In this document: positions 48,964-59,993 of the stretch, one piece after another
Numbering within the stretch: position 1 is the first letter of the stretch
Layout: each line of letters opens with the position of its first letter
NCBI GenBank assembly: GCA_047602425.1
Contig: JASGHG010000001.1
Coordinates: 1,696,001-1,760,000, forward strand
DNA: 64,000 nucleotides
Direction of reading: 5' to 3'
From: Nibricoccus sp.
GTDB taxonomy: Bacteria > Verrucomicrobiota > Verrucomicrobiia > Opitutales > Opitutaceae
Notes under the pieces: generated by a model
What the model saw: the letters and a program-made list of their open reading frames with translations, nothing else
Told to the model about the DNA's origin: nothing
Database searches by the model: none
Made by a program: the position numbers and the translations under genes

Positions 48964-51189
48964 GTGGCTCAACCTCCTTCGCTTTCCTCCGATTCGCTCG
49001 CCGGCGTGCTCGAGCGCATCATTTTTCTCAACGAGGAGAACCATTATACCATCGCAGAATTCCGTCGCGACGACAACGGCCAGAAAACCACCATCATCGG
49101 CGCACTTCCTGGCGCACAGTGCGGCGAAACCCTTCAGCTGCGCGGCCAATGGACGAAGCACGCGCAGCATGGCGATCAGTTCAAGGTCGAATCCTTCAAA
49201 GCCGAGCTCCCGTCTAGCGTGTATGGAATCCGCAAATACCTCGGCAGCGGCCTCGTCCAGGGCATCGGCAAAGTTTACGCCAACAAAATCGTCGACGCCT
49301 TTGGCACCGAGACCTTCCGAATCCTCAGTGAAGAATCCGCCCGACTGCGTTCCGTGCCCGGCATCGGCAAGGTCCGCGCCTCAGCGATTAAAAAAGCTTG
49401 GGACGATCAGCGCGCCCTTCGCGAAATCCACATTTTCCTCCAAACCTATGGTGTCACCACCTCGCAGTGCGTGAAGCTCGTGCAGCGTTACGGCGCCGAG
49501 GCCAAACAGATTCTGCTCCGCGAACCTTACCGCGTTGCCCGCGAAATCGACGGCATCGGCTTCAAAACCGCCGACAAAATCGCCATCAATCTCGGTTTCG
49601 CCAACGACGCCCCGCCCCGCCTCGACGCCGGCCTGCTCTTCGCGATGGATTCGCTGCAGGAGGAAGGTCACACCGCCGTCCGCGAGAGCGATCTCGTCGA
49701 GTACGCCGCGCCGATGCTCGAAACCGCCGCCAGCCTGCTCGAAGCCCGCATCCGCGCCCTTGTCGAGACTAACCAATTGATATGTCACTGGCCTCCCGAT
49801 GTCGCCAATCCCCTTCCCGGCTCCGGCTTGCTCCAATTGCCGGCGCTCGATCGCGCCGAGCAGAAAATCGCCGCCACGATCCATCGCCTTGGCAAGGTCT
49901 TCAGTTGCCTGCCGCCGATTAAAATCGACGCCGCCGTCCAGTGGGCCGAGCAAAAAGCAGGCTTCGCGTTCGCCGACCAGCAACGTTCCGCCCTTAAAAA
50001 CGCTCTCGCCCACAAAGTCTCCGTGCTCACCGGCGGTCCCGGCACGGGCAAGACCACCATTCTCCGCGCACTCGTCGACATCCTCAAAGCCAAGAAAGTC
50101 CGCGTTCATCTCGCCGCTCCGACCGGTCGCGCCGCACAACGCCTTTCCGAAACCACCGGCGGTTTCGCCTCAACCATTCACCGTCTCCTAAAATACGATC
50201 CGGCCAAGGGTGGCTTCAGCTCCAACGAAAATACCCCGCTATCCACCGATTTCCTCATCGTCGACGAAGCCTCGATGCTCGACACCCGGCTCGCCGCGTC
50301 GCTGCTGCAAGCCGTGCCGTCGCGCGCCCACTTGCTGCTCGTCGGCGACATCGATCAGCTTCCCTCCGTTGGCGCCGGCAACGTTCTCAAGGATCTGATC
50401 GCCACGGAGCAGGTTCCCGTCACTCGCCTTACCGTCATCTATCGCCAAAAAGAACAAAGTCAGATCGTCGTCACCGCCCACGCGATCAACGCCGGCGATC
50501 CGTCGCTCCCGCCCGCCGTCAACGACCTCGCCAGCATTCAGGTCTGGAACGATCTCACCTTCGTCATCGCGGATTCCGCCGAGGACGCGGTGGCCAAGAC
50601 CATCGCCCTTTGCACCGAACACATCCCGCGCCTCTGGAAATGGTTCGACCCCGTCCGCGACGTGCAGGTGCTCGCCCCGATGCACAAAGGCACTGCCGGC
50701 GTGGGAAACCTAAACCAACAATTACAGGCAAGCTTCAATGCCCACGCCCGCGGTTTGCGCGGACCTGCCGGCGAGTTTCGCGCTGGCGACAAGGTCATTC
50801 AACTGCGCAACAACTACGACAAAAACCTCTTCAACGGCGACATCGGCACCATCGCATCGGTCGACGCCGAGGAGGGCACGCTGGTCGCCAATTTCGACGG
50901 CGAATCGCATACGTTCGTCCGCGGCGAACTCAGCGAACTCGCCCTCGCCTACGCCGTCAGCATTCACAAAAGCCAGGGTTCCGAATACCCGGTCGTCATC
51001 GTGCCTCTCCTCAAGGCGCATTTCATGATGCTTCAGCGCAATCTGATCTACACCGCGATCACGCGCGGAAAGAAAAAAGTCTTCCTCGTGGGCGAACCCG
51101 CCGCCTATGCCATGGCCGTGCGCAACGCCGAGTCGAAGCAACGCACCACCCACCTGCGCGAAAAAATCACCGCACCGCCACCGCAATAA
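48964..51189 (+). CDS. recD2: ATP-dependent RecD-like DNA helicase
   Basis: HhH repeats (QGIG, PGIG, DGIGF), GGPGTGKTT, APTGRAA, VDEASM, GDIDQLPSVG, IYRQ, SIHKSQGSEY, YTAITR. Start uncertain. Confidence 0.95.
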   Translation: MAQPPSLSSDSLAGVLERIIFLNEENHYTIAEFRRDDNGQKTTIIGALPGAQCGETLQLRGQWTKHAQHGDQFKVESFKAELPSSVYGIRKYLGSGLVQGIGKVYANKIVDAFGTETFRILSEESARLRSVPGIGKVRASAIKKAWDDQRALREIHIFLQTYGVTTSQCVKLVQRYGAEAKQILLREPYRVAREIDGIGFKTADKIAINLGFANDAPPRLDAGLLFAMDSLQEEGHTAVRESDLVEYAAPMLETAASLLEARIRALVETNQLICHWPPDVANPLPGSGLLQLPALDRAEQKIAATIHRLGKVFSCLPPIKIDAAVQWAEQKAGFAFADQQRSALKNALAHKVSVLTGGPGTGKTTILRALVDILKAKKVRVHLAAPTGRAAQRLSETTGGFASTIHRLLKYDPAKGGFSSNENTPLSTDFLIVDEASMLDTRLAASLLQAVPSRAHLLLVGDIDQLPSVGAGNVLKDLIATEQVPVTRLTVIYRQKEQSQIVVTAHAINAGDPSLPPAVNDLASIQVWNDLTFVIADSAEDAVAKTIALCTEHIPRLWKWFDPVRDVQVLAPMHKGTAGVGNLNQQLQASFNAHARGLRGPAGEFRAGDKVIQLRNNYDKNLFNGDIGTIASVDAEEGTLVANFDGESHTFVRGELSELALAYAVSIHKSQGSEYPVVIVPLLKAHFMMLQRNLIYTAITRGKKKVFLVGEPAAYAMAVRNAESKQRTTHLREKITAPPPQ

Positions 51190-51449
51190 AGCTTCTCTCC
51201 CGTAAACCATTATCGCGTTTATTCGGAACAAGACGCGACCATCCACAGCACGAGGAAACGTCCGCCGTGTCCTCCTCGAAACTCCGAAATGTCCGGGCGC
51301 AGGAGTGGATACGAAACTTAATTCACCACTTCAGCTTTCCCTAATACCCACCCATCGTCGAAAAATGTGGTCAACATCCGTACGAAATCGTCTCAGAGTA
51401 GATTTGCTTATTAGAGACATTTACCAACTGACGTCCCCAAAAATCACCC

Positions 51450-53114
51450 ATGTCTGCGGTTATTACTCCCATCTCTGCCTTCGGCGGCTCTCACCTGCCC
51501 CGTGGAGCAGCTCTCATCAACAATTCGCTGCTCAACAAGGGCACCGCTTTTACCGAAGCTGAACGCGACGCCCTTGGCCTGCGCGGTTTGCTGCCTCCGC
51601 GCATTTTCCCGATGGACGAGCAGGTCAAGCGCGCCCTCGGCAACTTGCGCCGCAAGAGCGATCCGCTCGAAAAATACGTTTTCCTCACCGCGCTCCAGCA
51701 GCGCAACGAAACCCTCTTCTACCGCGTCCTCACCGACTACCTCGAAGAGGTCATGCCGATCATTTACACACCGACAGTCGGACAGGCCTGCCTCGAATAC
51801 GGCAGCATCTATCGCAAACCGCGCGGCCTTTTTCTCACCATCAAGGACAAAGGCCGTGTCCGTGAAATCCTTCGTCACTGGCCCCAGCAGGCCCGCCTGA
51901 TCGTGGTCACCGACGGCGAACGCATCCTCGGCCTCGGCGATCTCGGCGCGCTCGGCATGGGCATTCCGATCGGCAAGCTCGCCCTCTACTCCGCCTGCGC
52001 CGGCGTTCATCCATACTATTGTTTGCCCATCACGATCGATGTCGGCACCGACAACGAAAAACTCCTGCAAGATCCGCTCTACATCGGCATGCCACAAAAA
52101 CGCGTGCGCGGTCCCGAGTATGACGACTTCATGAAGGAATTTGTCGAGGGCGTGCAGGACGTTTTCCCCGGCAGCCTGTTGCAATTCGAAGACTTCGGCA
52201 ACCACAACGCCTTCCACCTGCTCAGCACGTGGCGCGACAAAGTCTGCTGTTTCAACGACGACATCCAGGGCACCGCCTCCGTCGCGCTCGCCGGCCTTAT
52301 TTCCGCCACGCGCATTTCCGGAACCAAGCTCTCGGAACAAAAACTCCTCTTCCTCGGCGCCGGTGAAGCCGGTACGGGCATCGCGGACCTCTTTGTCTCC
52401 GCGGCGAAACAGGAAGGCTTGTCCGAAGCGGCCGCGCGCAAGTGCTGCTGGTTCGTCGATTCGAAGGGTCTGCTCGTCAAGGGTCGCGGTGACAAACTCC
52501 CCGCCCACAAGGAGCCGTACGCTCACGACCACCCGCATCTCAAAGACTTCGCCGAAGCCGTCGCCGCCATCAAACCGACGGCCATCATCGGCGTGTCCGG
52601 ACAAGGCCGCGCCTTCGACGAAAAAGTCGTTCGCACGTTCGCCGCCCAACGCAAACAGCCGATCATCTTTTCGCTTTCGAACCCGACCTCAAAATCGGAA
52701 TGCACCGCCGAGGAAGCCTACAAATGGACCGAGGGACGCTGTCTCTTTGCCAGCGGCAGTCCGTTCCCCGCAGTCGAGTTCAACGGCAGGAAATACCAGA
52801 CCGGCCAAGGCAATAATGTCTACATTTTCCCGGCCGTTGGTATGGGCGTGTTGGTTGGTCAGGCACAGGTGGTCACCGACAGCATGTTCCTCGTCGCCGC
52901 CCAGACTCTCGCCTCGGAAATTCGCAAGGAAGACATTGAGGTGGGCCGCGTCTATCCGTCGCTCAGCCGCATCCGCGAAGTCTCGATGAAGATCGCCGTC
53001 GCCGTGGCCAAGTTGGCTTGGGACGAGGGCCTCGCCACGTTGCCCCGCCCGACCGATATCGAAGCCGACGTGAAAGCGAAGATGTTTGAACCTTCGTACA
53101 CGAGTTACGCTTAA
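51450..53114 (+). CDS. maeA: NAD(P)-dependent malic enzyme (large type)
   Basis: NKGTAF, PIIYTPTVG, VTDGERILGLGD, QFEDF, FNDDIQGT, GAGEAG, LSNPT, GQGNN. Confidence 0.95.
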   Translation: MSAVITPISAFGGSHLPRGAALINNSLLNKGTAFTEAERDALGLRGLLPPRIFPMDEQVKRALGNLRRKSDPLEKYVFLTALQQRNETLFYRVLTDYLEEVMPIIYTPTVGQACLEYGSIYRKPRGLFLTIKDKGRVREILRHWPQQARLIVVTDGERILGLGDLGALGMGIPIGKLALYSACAGVHPYYCLPITIDVGTDNEKLLQDPLYIGMPQKRVRGPEYDDFMKEFVEGVQDVFPGSLLQFEDFGNHNAFHLLSTWRDKVCCFNDDIQGTASVALAGLISATRISGTKLSEQKLLFLGAGEAGTGIADLFVSAAKQEGLSEAAARKCCWFVDSKGLLVKGRGDKLPAHKEPYAHDHPHLKDFAEAVAAIKPTAIIGVSGQGRAFDEKVVRTFAAQRKQPIIFSLSNPTSKSECTAEEAYKWTEGRCLFASGSPFPAVEFNGRKYQTGQGNNVYIFPAVGMGVLVGQAQVVTDSMFLVAAQTLASEIRKEDIEVGRVYPSLSRIREVSMKIAVAVAKLAWDEGLATLPRPTDIEADVKAKMFEPSYTSYA

Positions 53115-53166
53115 CACCTAACAACGATCGTCTGCCGTACTTTACCGTTTCCCGTTTTTCTCTCCG

Positions 53167-53195
53167 AGCCCGGGCTTCATCGCCCGGGCTTTTTT
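53167..53195 (+). terminator. Intrinsic terminator after the malic enzyme gene
   Basis: AGCCCGGGC-ttcatc-GCCCGGGCT-TTTTT. Confidence 0.8.
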
Positions 53196-53231
53196 GTCAC
53201 CACGAAGGCGCGTCGCCAGATCGCTGACGGC

Positions 53232-54773
53232 TCAACGCAGGACTCGTTCAGCGCCGGAAGACTTGGTTTTGCTTACAGGCGCCGGGTCGACGTCAGGCAC
53301 TTCATAACTCGAATCATCAGAAACCGGCAATTGCTGTCCAGCCATGCCGGAAAGTGCACGCAGTCGATTCACAATGGCATCCTGCGAAATCGCCTGGGCG
53401 TTGAGTTCCTGCGCGGCGGAGGCACATTCCTCGGCGCCGGCCGCCGTCGTTTGCGTGGCTTTTTCCATCTGATTGACAGCGGTTACAACCTGCTCGACGC
53501 CCTGGCTCTGCTCCTTCGACGCGGCGGCAATTTCGGAAACCAATTCGTCCACCCGACGGGCGCGGGTCACGATTTCCTCAAGAGTCTTGGCGACTTCGCC
53601 ACTGATCGAAACGCCGTGCTCGCTCTTCCTGATCGAATCCTGGATTTTTTCCGAGGTCTCGCGGGCCGCCTCGGTGCTGCGTTGGGCAAGCGAGCGCACT
53701 TCCTCGGCCACGACGGCAAAACCGGCGCCAGCTTCGCCGGCGCGCGCGGCTTCGACCGCGGCATTTAGGGCGAGAAGATTGGTTTGGAAAGCGATGTCGT
53801 CGATCGTGCGGATGATCTTCGCGGTGTTTTCACTGGAGGCTTTGATGGCATCCATCGCGGCCGTCATCGTCTGCATGCCGGTGGAGCCTGTTTCGGCGGC
53901 CGAACGGGTTTGGTTGGCGATTTCGCGCGCTGTACCCGCGCTCTCGGCGTTGCGCTTGGTCATGCTGGAAATTTCCTCTAGCGTGGCGCTCGTTTCCTCG
54001 ATGGACGCGGCGAGTTCGCTGGATCCCTGCGCCAGCGACTGGCTTGCGCGATTGATTTCGCCCGAGGCCGAGCTCAGTTGGGACGCGCCTTCCGCGAGTT
54101 CTACGGCCACGTGACCAAGCACGCCGCTGGTGCGTCGTGTGATCAGGAACCCAGCCACACCGCCAATGACCAGTGCGGCCACCACACCGGTCAGCACCAC
54201 GGCGCGGGTTTGCGCGACGGCGCTGTTGATGTCGCCGGACGCGGCGCTGCCCTTCGAACGGGCCGCCTCAACCATGCCGCGCAAACCGCTGATATAATTC
54301 TGATAAACCGGATAGAGCTGCGCATTGAGCATATCGGCGGCGAGGTCGTTCTGGCTCTTGCGCGAGAGCTCCAGCACCTTGCCTCGCAGATCGCGGTAGG
54401 CGTTGCGGGCCGAGGTCAATTGATCGTACGCCTGCTTTTCCGCGGGCTCGTCGATAATTTTTTCATACTCCTTGTAGATGCTCGTTAGTTTGGCCGATTT
54501 TTCGGCAAGCGTTTTGTCGATGGCTGTTTTTTCGGCTGTGTTGCCCGCCATCACGTGCTGCGTCGTGTTGATGAAGTTTTCCTTCACTTCGGATTCCGCC
54601 TGCCCAAGCAACATGAGTCCCGGCATGGCGTGGAGCTCCATCTCGTCGGCCGAGGCTTTGATATGCGCGACACGTTCGTAGCAAATGCCGCCAACAACAG
54701 CGAGGATGAGAATCAACGATCCGAAACCAACGCCGATGCGCCGGCCTATCGTCCAAGTAGAGGAAATTGCCAT
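53232..54773 (-). CDS. Methyl-accepting chemotaxis protein (four-helix-bundle sensor)
   Basis: Two TM segments around a helical periplasmic domain; [37 protein letters not shown]. Confidence 0.96.
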   Translation of the reverse strand: MAISSTWTIGRRIGVGFGSLILILAVVGGICYERVAHIKASADEMELHAMPGLMLLGQAESEVKENFINTTQHVMAGNTAEKTAIDKTLAEKSAKLTSIYKEYEKIIDEPAEKQAYDQLTSARNAYRDLRGKVLELSRKSQNDLAADMLNAQLYPVYQNYISGLRGMVEAARSKGSAASGDINSAVAQTRAVVLTGVVAALVIGGVAGFLITRRTSGVLGHVAVELAEGASQLSSASGEINRASQSLAQGSSELAASIEETSATLEEISSMTKRNAESAGTAREIANQTRSAAETGSTGMQTMTAAMDAIKASSENTAKIIRTIDDIAFQTNLLALNAAVEAARAGEAGAGFAVVAEEVRSLAQRSTEAARETSEKIQDSIRKSEHGVSISGEVAKTLEEIVTRARRVDELVSEIAAASKEQSQGVEQVVTAVNQMEKATQTTAAGAEECASAAQELNAQAISQDAIVNRLRALSGMAGQQLPVSDDSSYEVPDVDPAPVSKTKSSGAERVLR

Positions 54774-55119
54774 GATAAATAGAGTTTCAATTCTCTCTAT
54801 CGTCACATTTGCACGTCAGCTATAGGCTCTAAATTTCTTACCATCTTTATGCACCCGAATCTCAAGAAGCATATCTCACTATTGTTAGGCATCTTGCTGA
54901 CCTTACTAAAACACAGCTTCTAACGCTTGGGGCGGTCGAATCGCAAATGCCGTTCAAATTGCACGCGGTCGTCGAAGGATCGCAGCCGTGATTGCTCCAA
55001 AAACCGATCTGATGGACGTCTCCAAAAATGGTCGTATTTGCAGCGGCGCTACGACGCTCGGATCCAACCAAACTTGAACTTGTTAAACGCCGCCGGACCC
55101 GCAGTCTCACTATTTCCCC

Positions 55120-55851
55120 ATGCAAACCAGCGATCTCGCGGCAAAAAACAGCGTATTTTACGACGACCTCTGGCACAATTCCTACCTGACCAAACCCGAG
55201 CGCTTCAATACCTGGCCTCTCATTTCGAGCCTGCTTCCCGAATCAAAAATGCGACTCGAAGTCGGTCCGGGCCTGCGTCCACGCCTTCCCGTTGCTGGAA
55301 CTCATTTCCTCGATGCAAGCCCGCCGGCCATCGCGCGACTGGGAGCAAATGGCGGTATCGCGAAGTTAGGATCAATCCTCGAGCTGCCTTTCGAAGACGG
55401 GTCCTTCGATCTCGTCACCGCCTTCGATGTTATCGAGCACGTTGAGGACGATCTGCGTGTTTTTGCCGAACTCACCCGCATGCTCAAAGAAAACGGACGC
55501 TTGATCGTCTCCGTTCCTCTCCACGCCCGTTTCTGGACCGTCTTCGACGACTATGTGGGCCACGCCCGTCGTTATGAACCCCCAGCTTTGCTGCAACTGC
55601 TCGACAGCCACAACTTGGTGGTCGAAAAAAGCGCCGTTTTCGGCATGCAGCCGAACAACCCTAAACTCCTAAAATATGCGGTCAAAGGGCTGACCGAGCA
55701 TCGGACCATCGCCACGCGGTGTTACAATTGGTTGTTCCTGCCCCTCGGCATTCTTTTCCAAAAACGCCTGAAATTCGCGGACGGCCTGATGGATCTGACC
55801 GATGTCTACGAAGTTCTGCTCGTCTGCAAACAACGTCGCTCCTCTACCTGA
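55120..55851 (+). CDS. Class I SAM-dependent methyltransferase
   Basis: LEVGPG, LPFEDGSFDLV, DVIEHV, LKENGRLIVSVP, GHARRY. Confidence 0.88.
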   Translation: MQTSDLAAKNSVFYDDLWHNSYLTKPERFNTWPLISSLLPESKMRLEVGPGLRPRLPVAGTHFLDASPPAIARLGANGGIAKLGSILELPFEDGSFDLVTAFDVIEHVEDDLRVFAELTRMLKENGRLIVSVPLHARFWTVFDDYVGHARRYEPPALLQLLDSHNLVVEKSAVFGMQPNNPKLLKYAVKGLTEHRTIATRCYNWLFLPLGILFQKRLKFADGLMDLTDVYEVLLVCKQRRSST

Positions 55852-55859
55852 GTCCAAAC

Positions 55860-56528
55860 TCAGCCAAATAAATCTCCCTGCTGCAGCCCGGTCCTTTTTT
55901 GAATATCGGCCGTGCTCAATTGCAGCAACGAACGAATCGTCGCTCCGGCAAACTCCTCACGTCGCAAGAGATTCGACAACAGCAGTGCACTCGCCAGCGC
56001 GTCGTAAAGCGCCGCATGGAAAAATCGTCGTCCGGCCGGACAATGCTCCACCGCCAAAACGTCCAGCGGACCGCGCAAACCGGCCGCTTCGATCAACGCT
56101 TCCAATTGAAGCGAGCCGCCCTTGGGGTACAACTCCGCCGCCAGACGTCCCGTATCGATCCAGGGTCCCCATTCCAGGGTTTGTGCGCCCGGCCGAGCAA
56201 AATCCGGCGATGTCCGTGCATAGGGCCAGACGCTTTTGAGCAATCCATTTTCCGCGCCGGCAAAGTGCGCGGCCAGCGGTCCCGTTTCACGCAATCCGGC
56301 GAAATAATCGAATTCATCCGCGAAAGGCGCGTGTCCATCGACCTCGCGCGCTGTCAACAAATGCACCGCCGAATCCTCGGCACGAATGCGGCCCGTCGCC
56401 CGGCAGAGCCGGGTGCGCGTTGAAACGATTTCGCCGCCCCGCAAAGTAACCACGCCAAACTCTAAAATGCCCGACGCCGCACTTCCTTCGAAGTCGATAA
56501 AATGGATGGGCACGTCGATCCAGCGCAT
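55860..56528 (-). CDS. DEDDh 3'-5' exonuclease
   Basis: FIDFEG (ExoI), AAH, WIDT, HAALYDA (ExoIII). Confidence 0.85.
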   Translation of the reverse strand: MRWIDVPIHFIDFEGSAASGILEFGVVTLRGGEIVSTRTRLCRATGRIRAEDSAVHLLTAREVDGHAPFADEFDYFAGLRETGPLAAHFAGAENGLLKSVWPYARTSPDFARPGAQTLEWGPWIDTGRLAAELYPKGGSLQLEALIEAAGLRGPLDVLAVEHCPAGRRFFHAALYDALASALLLSNLLRREEFAGATIRSLLQLSTADIQKRTGLQQGDLFG

Positions 56529-56540
56529 GGTGAGTTTTTG

Positions 56541-56605
56541 GCAGAATTAACAGAATGGACCGAATAGGACTCGAACTTATTTTGTGAATTCAGTTCATTC
56601 TCTTT
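56541..56605. repeat. Inverted 9-nt-period tandem-repeat element
   Basis: GCAGAATTA/ACAGAATGG/ACCGAATAG ... ATTTTGTGA/ATTCAGTTC/ATTCTCTTT (consensus ACAGAAT versus ATTCTGT). Confidence 0.6.
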
Positions 56606-56609
56606 CGAA

Positions 56610-57377
56610 ATGGACCTCGCACCCTACCGCGCCTTCCTGATCGAACTCGCTGAAAAAAGCGGCGACTTCATCCGTCCCTTCTTCGCCAACCCGTCGCTCG
56701 CCGTCGAATTCAAGGCCGACGAATCTCCCGTCACGGCGGCCGACAAGGGCGCCGAAAAATTGCTGCGCGCGTTGATCGCGGAAAAATTCCCTTCGCACGG
56801 CGTGATCGGCGAGGAATTCGGAAACGACCGGCCCGACGCCGAGTTCGTCTGGGTGCTCGATCCAATCGACGGAACCAAATCCTTCATCACCGGCGTGCCG
56901 CTCTTTGGCACCTTGATTGCGCTCATGCACCATGGCCAGCCCGTGCTTGGCGCCATTCACCAGCCGATCCTGCGGCAACTGATGATCGGCGACAACAAAA
57001 CCGCCACGCTCAACGGCCGCGCTGTCCGCGTGCGCCCGACCGCACGCCTCGAAGAGGCCACTTTTCTCGGCAGCGACCCAATCAATCCCGCCAAGTATCA
57101 AAATGGCGCCGCCTATGCCGCTCTGGAAAAACGCGTGCGCCTCAGTCGCACCTGGGGCGATTGCTATGGTTATTTGCTGCTCGCAGCCGGTTTTGCCGAC
57201 ATCATGTGCGATCCGATCATGAATCCTTGGGACATCCAGGCCTTGATCCCGGTCGTGCGCGGCGCCGGTGGCATCATCACCGACTGGCAGGGACGCGATC
57301 CGGTAAAAGCCGAATCAATCGTCGCCGCCAATCCGGCGTTGCATCCGCAAGTAATCGCGGCGCTGAATGCCAAATAA
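56610..57377 (+). CDS. hisN: Histidinol-phosphatase, inositol monophosphatase family
   Basis: KADESPVTAAD, IGEEFG, WVLDPIDGTKSFITGVPLFGTLIAL, GDCYGY, PWDIQA. Confidence 0.88.
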   Translation: MDLAPYRAFLIELAEKSGDFIRPFFANPSLAVEFKADESPVTAADKGAEKLLRALIAEKFPSHGVIGEEFGNDRPDAEFVWVLDPIDGTKSFITGVPLFGTLIALMHHGQPVLGAIHQPILRQLMIGDNKTATLNGRAVRVRPTARLEEATFLGSDPINPAKYQNGAAYAALEKRVRLSRTWGDCYGYLLLAAGFADIMCDPIMNPWDIQALIPVVRGAGGIITDWQGRDPVKAESIVAANPALHPQVIAALNAK

Positions 57378-57402
57378 AAAGCCCCGGCGAAAACCGGGGC
57401 TT
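57377..57402. terminator. Terminator hairpin between convergent genes
   Basis: AAGCCCCGG-cgaaaa-CCGGGGCTT, preceded by an A run (U tail on the minus strand). Confidence 0.75.
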
Positions 57403-57423
57403 CGCAAACAGAACGCTGGTCTT

Positions 57424-58219
57424 TTACTTGGTCTCAGCGGGAGCAGCAGCCGGTGCTTCCGCAGCCGCTTTGGCGGCTTTAGCCGCGTCTGCCTTGGCCT
57501 TCTGTTGCTTGCCGAACTCCTGGCTCATCTGCTGGATTTTCGGCATGGCCGACATCATGCGCGGCATCATTAGCGCCTGCAGCTTCTCGGAAATCTCGGG
57601 TTGCTTGTCGATCATGGCCAGGCCGGCCGGCGTGGCGTAGAAATTGTTCATTGCCGCCAATTCCTCCTTGGAAAAGGTTTCGGCGTAAATCTTCTTCATG
57701 TCTTCTTTCATCTGCGGAAGGTTCATCGCCTCCATCATCGCGTCCATGACCTTGGATTGATGTTCTTCAAAGTCCTTGGGATCGACATTGCCGCCCATTT
57801 GCTGGGCCATTTTCTTCGCATTGGCGGCCATCGCTTTTTTCTGACCCTCCATCGTACGGGTGAGCATTTCGTCGAAACGCATCTTGTCGATTACGGCCGA
57901 GGCATCCGCAATGGTGGCCGGAGTGCCCTTGGCGGGATCGAGCCGCACCAATCTTGGCCGAGGCCAGGCTCAATTCGTATTTCTTGCCGTCGCGCTCAAG
58001 CAGGAGAAGTCCTTTGGCCTCGTCGTAGGATTTCAGGGTGAAACCGGAAAAATTCTTGCCGAGCGAAACCCAGGCGTTGGCATCGCCGGTCTCATTGGAG
58101 AGGCCGAACAACTTTTCGCTACCGGTATTGAGCACACCTTTGAGCTGGAGCGGAGCAGGTTCGGCGGCAAATGCCGTGCCGAGTGCGAGGAGAGCAACGA
58201 ACAGGATTCTGATTTTCAT
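57424..58219 (-). pseudogene. Exported DUF2059-like protein, frameshifted near 57940
   Basis: The signal peptide and beta-rich N-domain (MKIRILF...YELSLASAKIGA) continue in another frame as DPAKGTPATIADASA...IYAETFSKEELAAMNNFYATPAGLAMIDKQP. Confidence 0.72.
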
Positions 58220-58349
58220 GGGATAAAGGGGGATAAATGAGAGTAAGGCTTTCAATTCACAAGCCCGCCCTCGTTACAATAGTGAGATTCGTTTCCAGTG
58301 AGCTGATTTGCTTGGACCCTTCAAGATGCAATCGCAGCACTTGAGCAAT

Positions 58350-59993
58350 TTACTTGCGGTGGTTCGGACGCCAAATGCGGCGGTACTGCACGAGAAGCAG
58401 GATGGCTGGAAGCCAGCAAAGCGCGAGAAACGCCCGGCCGGAAACCCCGCGGAGGTCGAACCATCCATGTGCGCCAAACCAGGCCCGCGCAACGTCGTTG
58501 TTCGCCTGCAACGCCGATGCATGCTTACCCAACGCATACTCGCGCGCCGCAGCGTACCAACCTTGTGCGGCGTGCCAGCCAAAAGCGGTGAATCCCTCCG
58601 CCACATAGCCGATGGCGACGCCGCCAATGGCCAGCACACCCAACGTCAACCCGCCAAAGGCCAATCCACCCAGCGCAGCGCCACCAATGGCCAGCAAGCC
58701 CGCCGAAATGCCGCCCACACTCACCACGCCCAAGGTCATGCCGCCGATCGCGATCATGCCGACCGCGGAGTCGCCGATCGCAATCCAGCCGATGGCGGGA
58801 CGCGTCTTTTCGTTCATGGGCGTCCCGAGCCGGATGTGCACCAAGGGCAGTCCGAGCAAAGTCCGCCGGCTGCGGTATTCTTTGAAGGGGCCACAAGCCT
58901 CCGTAGCGTTGGCGGGAAACAACTCCGGATGCAATCGCATCTCTTCGGTGCGCATGACTGTCAGCTCACGCTTCGCCCGAAAAGCGAGGATCGAAACAAC
59001 AATCGCCAGCAGGATTGACGAACCAACGCTCATCGCCACCACGGCGTTGACGTTCATCGCTTTGGGCCAGGCCTTTGCGGACAACGCCACGGTCGTGCTG
59101 AGAACGGTGGAAAGCACCAGGGCGACTATGATCCGTTTAAAATATCGCCTCATGTACGCTTGCTCACGCGGTGTCCGCGCCGCTTTCAAAGATGCGCGAA
59201 TGCTCACCACGCTGGCGAAAATTCCGATCACCGGACCCAACACGATATTGAACGCAGCCAAAAGCTTTCCGCCCAGGATTGCGGCGCCGCTCTTCGTCGC
59301 GAGCCCGCCGCTTGCGCCGGCAACCGACGCCGCGCCTGCCGACGCCAACAAAGGCAAAGAACCAAGCACGGTGGTCGTGAACATCACGCCAGGTGTCGTG
59401 TCTGCAAGCGTGCCTTCGACAAAGGCGAGCACTTGTTCGTGCAACAACTTGCGTCCTCGCGAAAGCCGCTGCTTGACGACATCTTCGCTCAGCCCGAGAT
59501 CGGCCGCGACGCGTTCGACGGATTTGTGCTGGCGATAAAATAGAATCAACGGTTCACGATACAGCTCCGGAATTCGCTCGAGCGCGCTCCATAAAATTGC
59601 CTCACGCTCTTGCTTCACGGCCTGCTCCGATGGCAAAGGTTCCACGGCCGGCACATCGGCCGCCGCATCCAGATCGACCGCGCCATGCACCGGCTCGCGT
59701 TTTAGGCGTCGGAAGCGGTTATGGACGATATTGCGCGCGATGCCGCAAAGCCACGCCCGTAGTTTCGCCGGCTCGCGCAGTTCCCGAAGTTCACGCCACG
59801 CGGCGAGAAACGTTTCCTGGGCCACATCCTCGCTGTGCGCGAGGCTGCCCGTGGCATTATAGGCCACCGAACAGATCAAGGTTTGATGCCGCGCCACAAT
59901 CAGCCCAAACGCATCGCGATCTCCCGCCATGGTGCGGGCGACCAGTTCGGCATCGGCTGTTTCTTCTGCGGCCATGGGTAGGATGTTATTCAT
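58350..59993 (-). CDS. ECF sigma factor with a C-terminal multi-TM, Gly-rich extension
   Basis: Sigma2 (DAELV...AFGLIV...EDVAQETFLAAW...WLCGIARN) and sigma4 (REPLILFY...VKQRLSRGRKLL), then TM helices and GWIAIG/GxxAxGG repeats. Confidence 0.9.
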   Translation of the reverse strand: MNNILPMAAEETADAELVARTMAGDRDAFGLIVARHQTLICSVAYNATGSLAHSEDVAQETFLAAWRELRELREPAKLRAWLCGIARNIVHNRFRRLKREPVHGAVDLDAAADVPAVEPLPSEQAVKQEREAILWSALERIPELYREPLILFYRQHKSVERVAADLGLSEDVVKQRLSRGRKLLHEQVLAFVEGTLADTTPGVMFTTTVLGSLPLLASAGAASVAGASGGLATKSGAAILGGKLLAAFNIVLGPVIGIFASVVSIRASLKAARTPREQAYMRRYFKRIIVALVLSTVLSTTVALSAKAWPKAMNVNAVVAMSVGSSILLAIVVSILAFRAKRELTVMRTEEMRLHPELFPANATEACGPFKEYRSRRTLLGLPLVHIRLGTPMNEKTRPAIGWIAIGDSAVGMIAIGGMTLGVVSVGGISAGLLAIGGAALGGLAFGGLTLGVLAIGGVAIGYVAEGFTAFGWHAAQGWYAAAREYALGKHASALQANNDVARAWFGAHGWFDLRGVSGRAFLALCWLPAILLLVQYRRIWRPNHRK

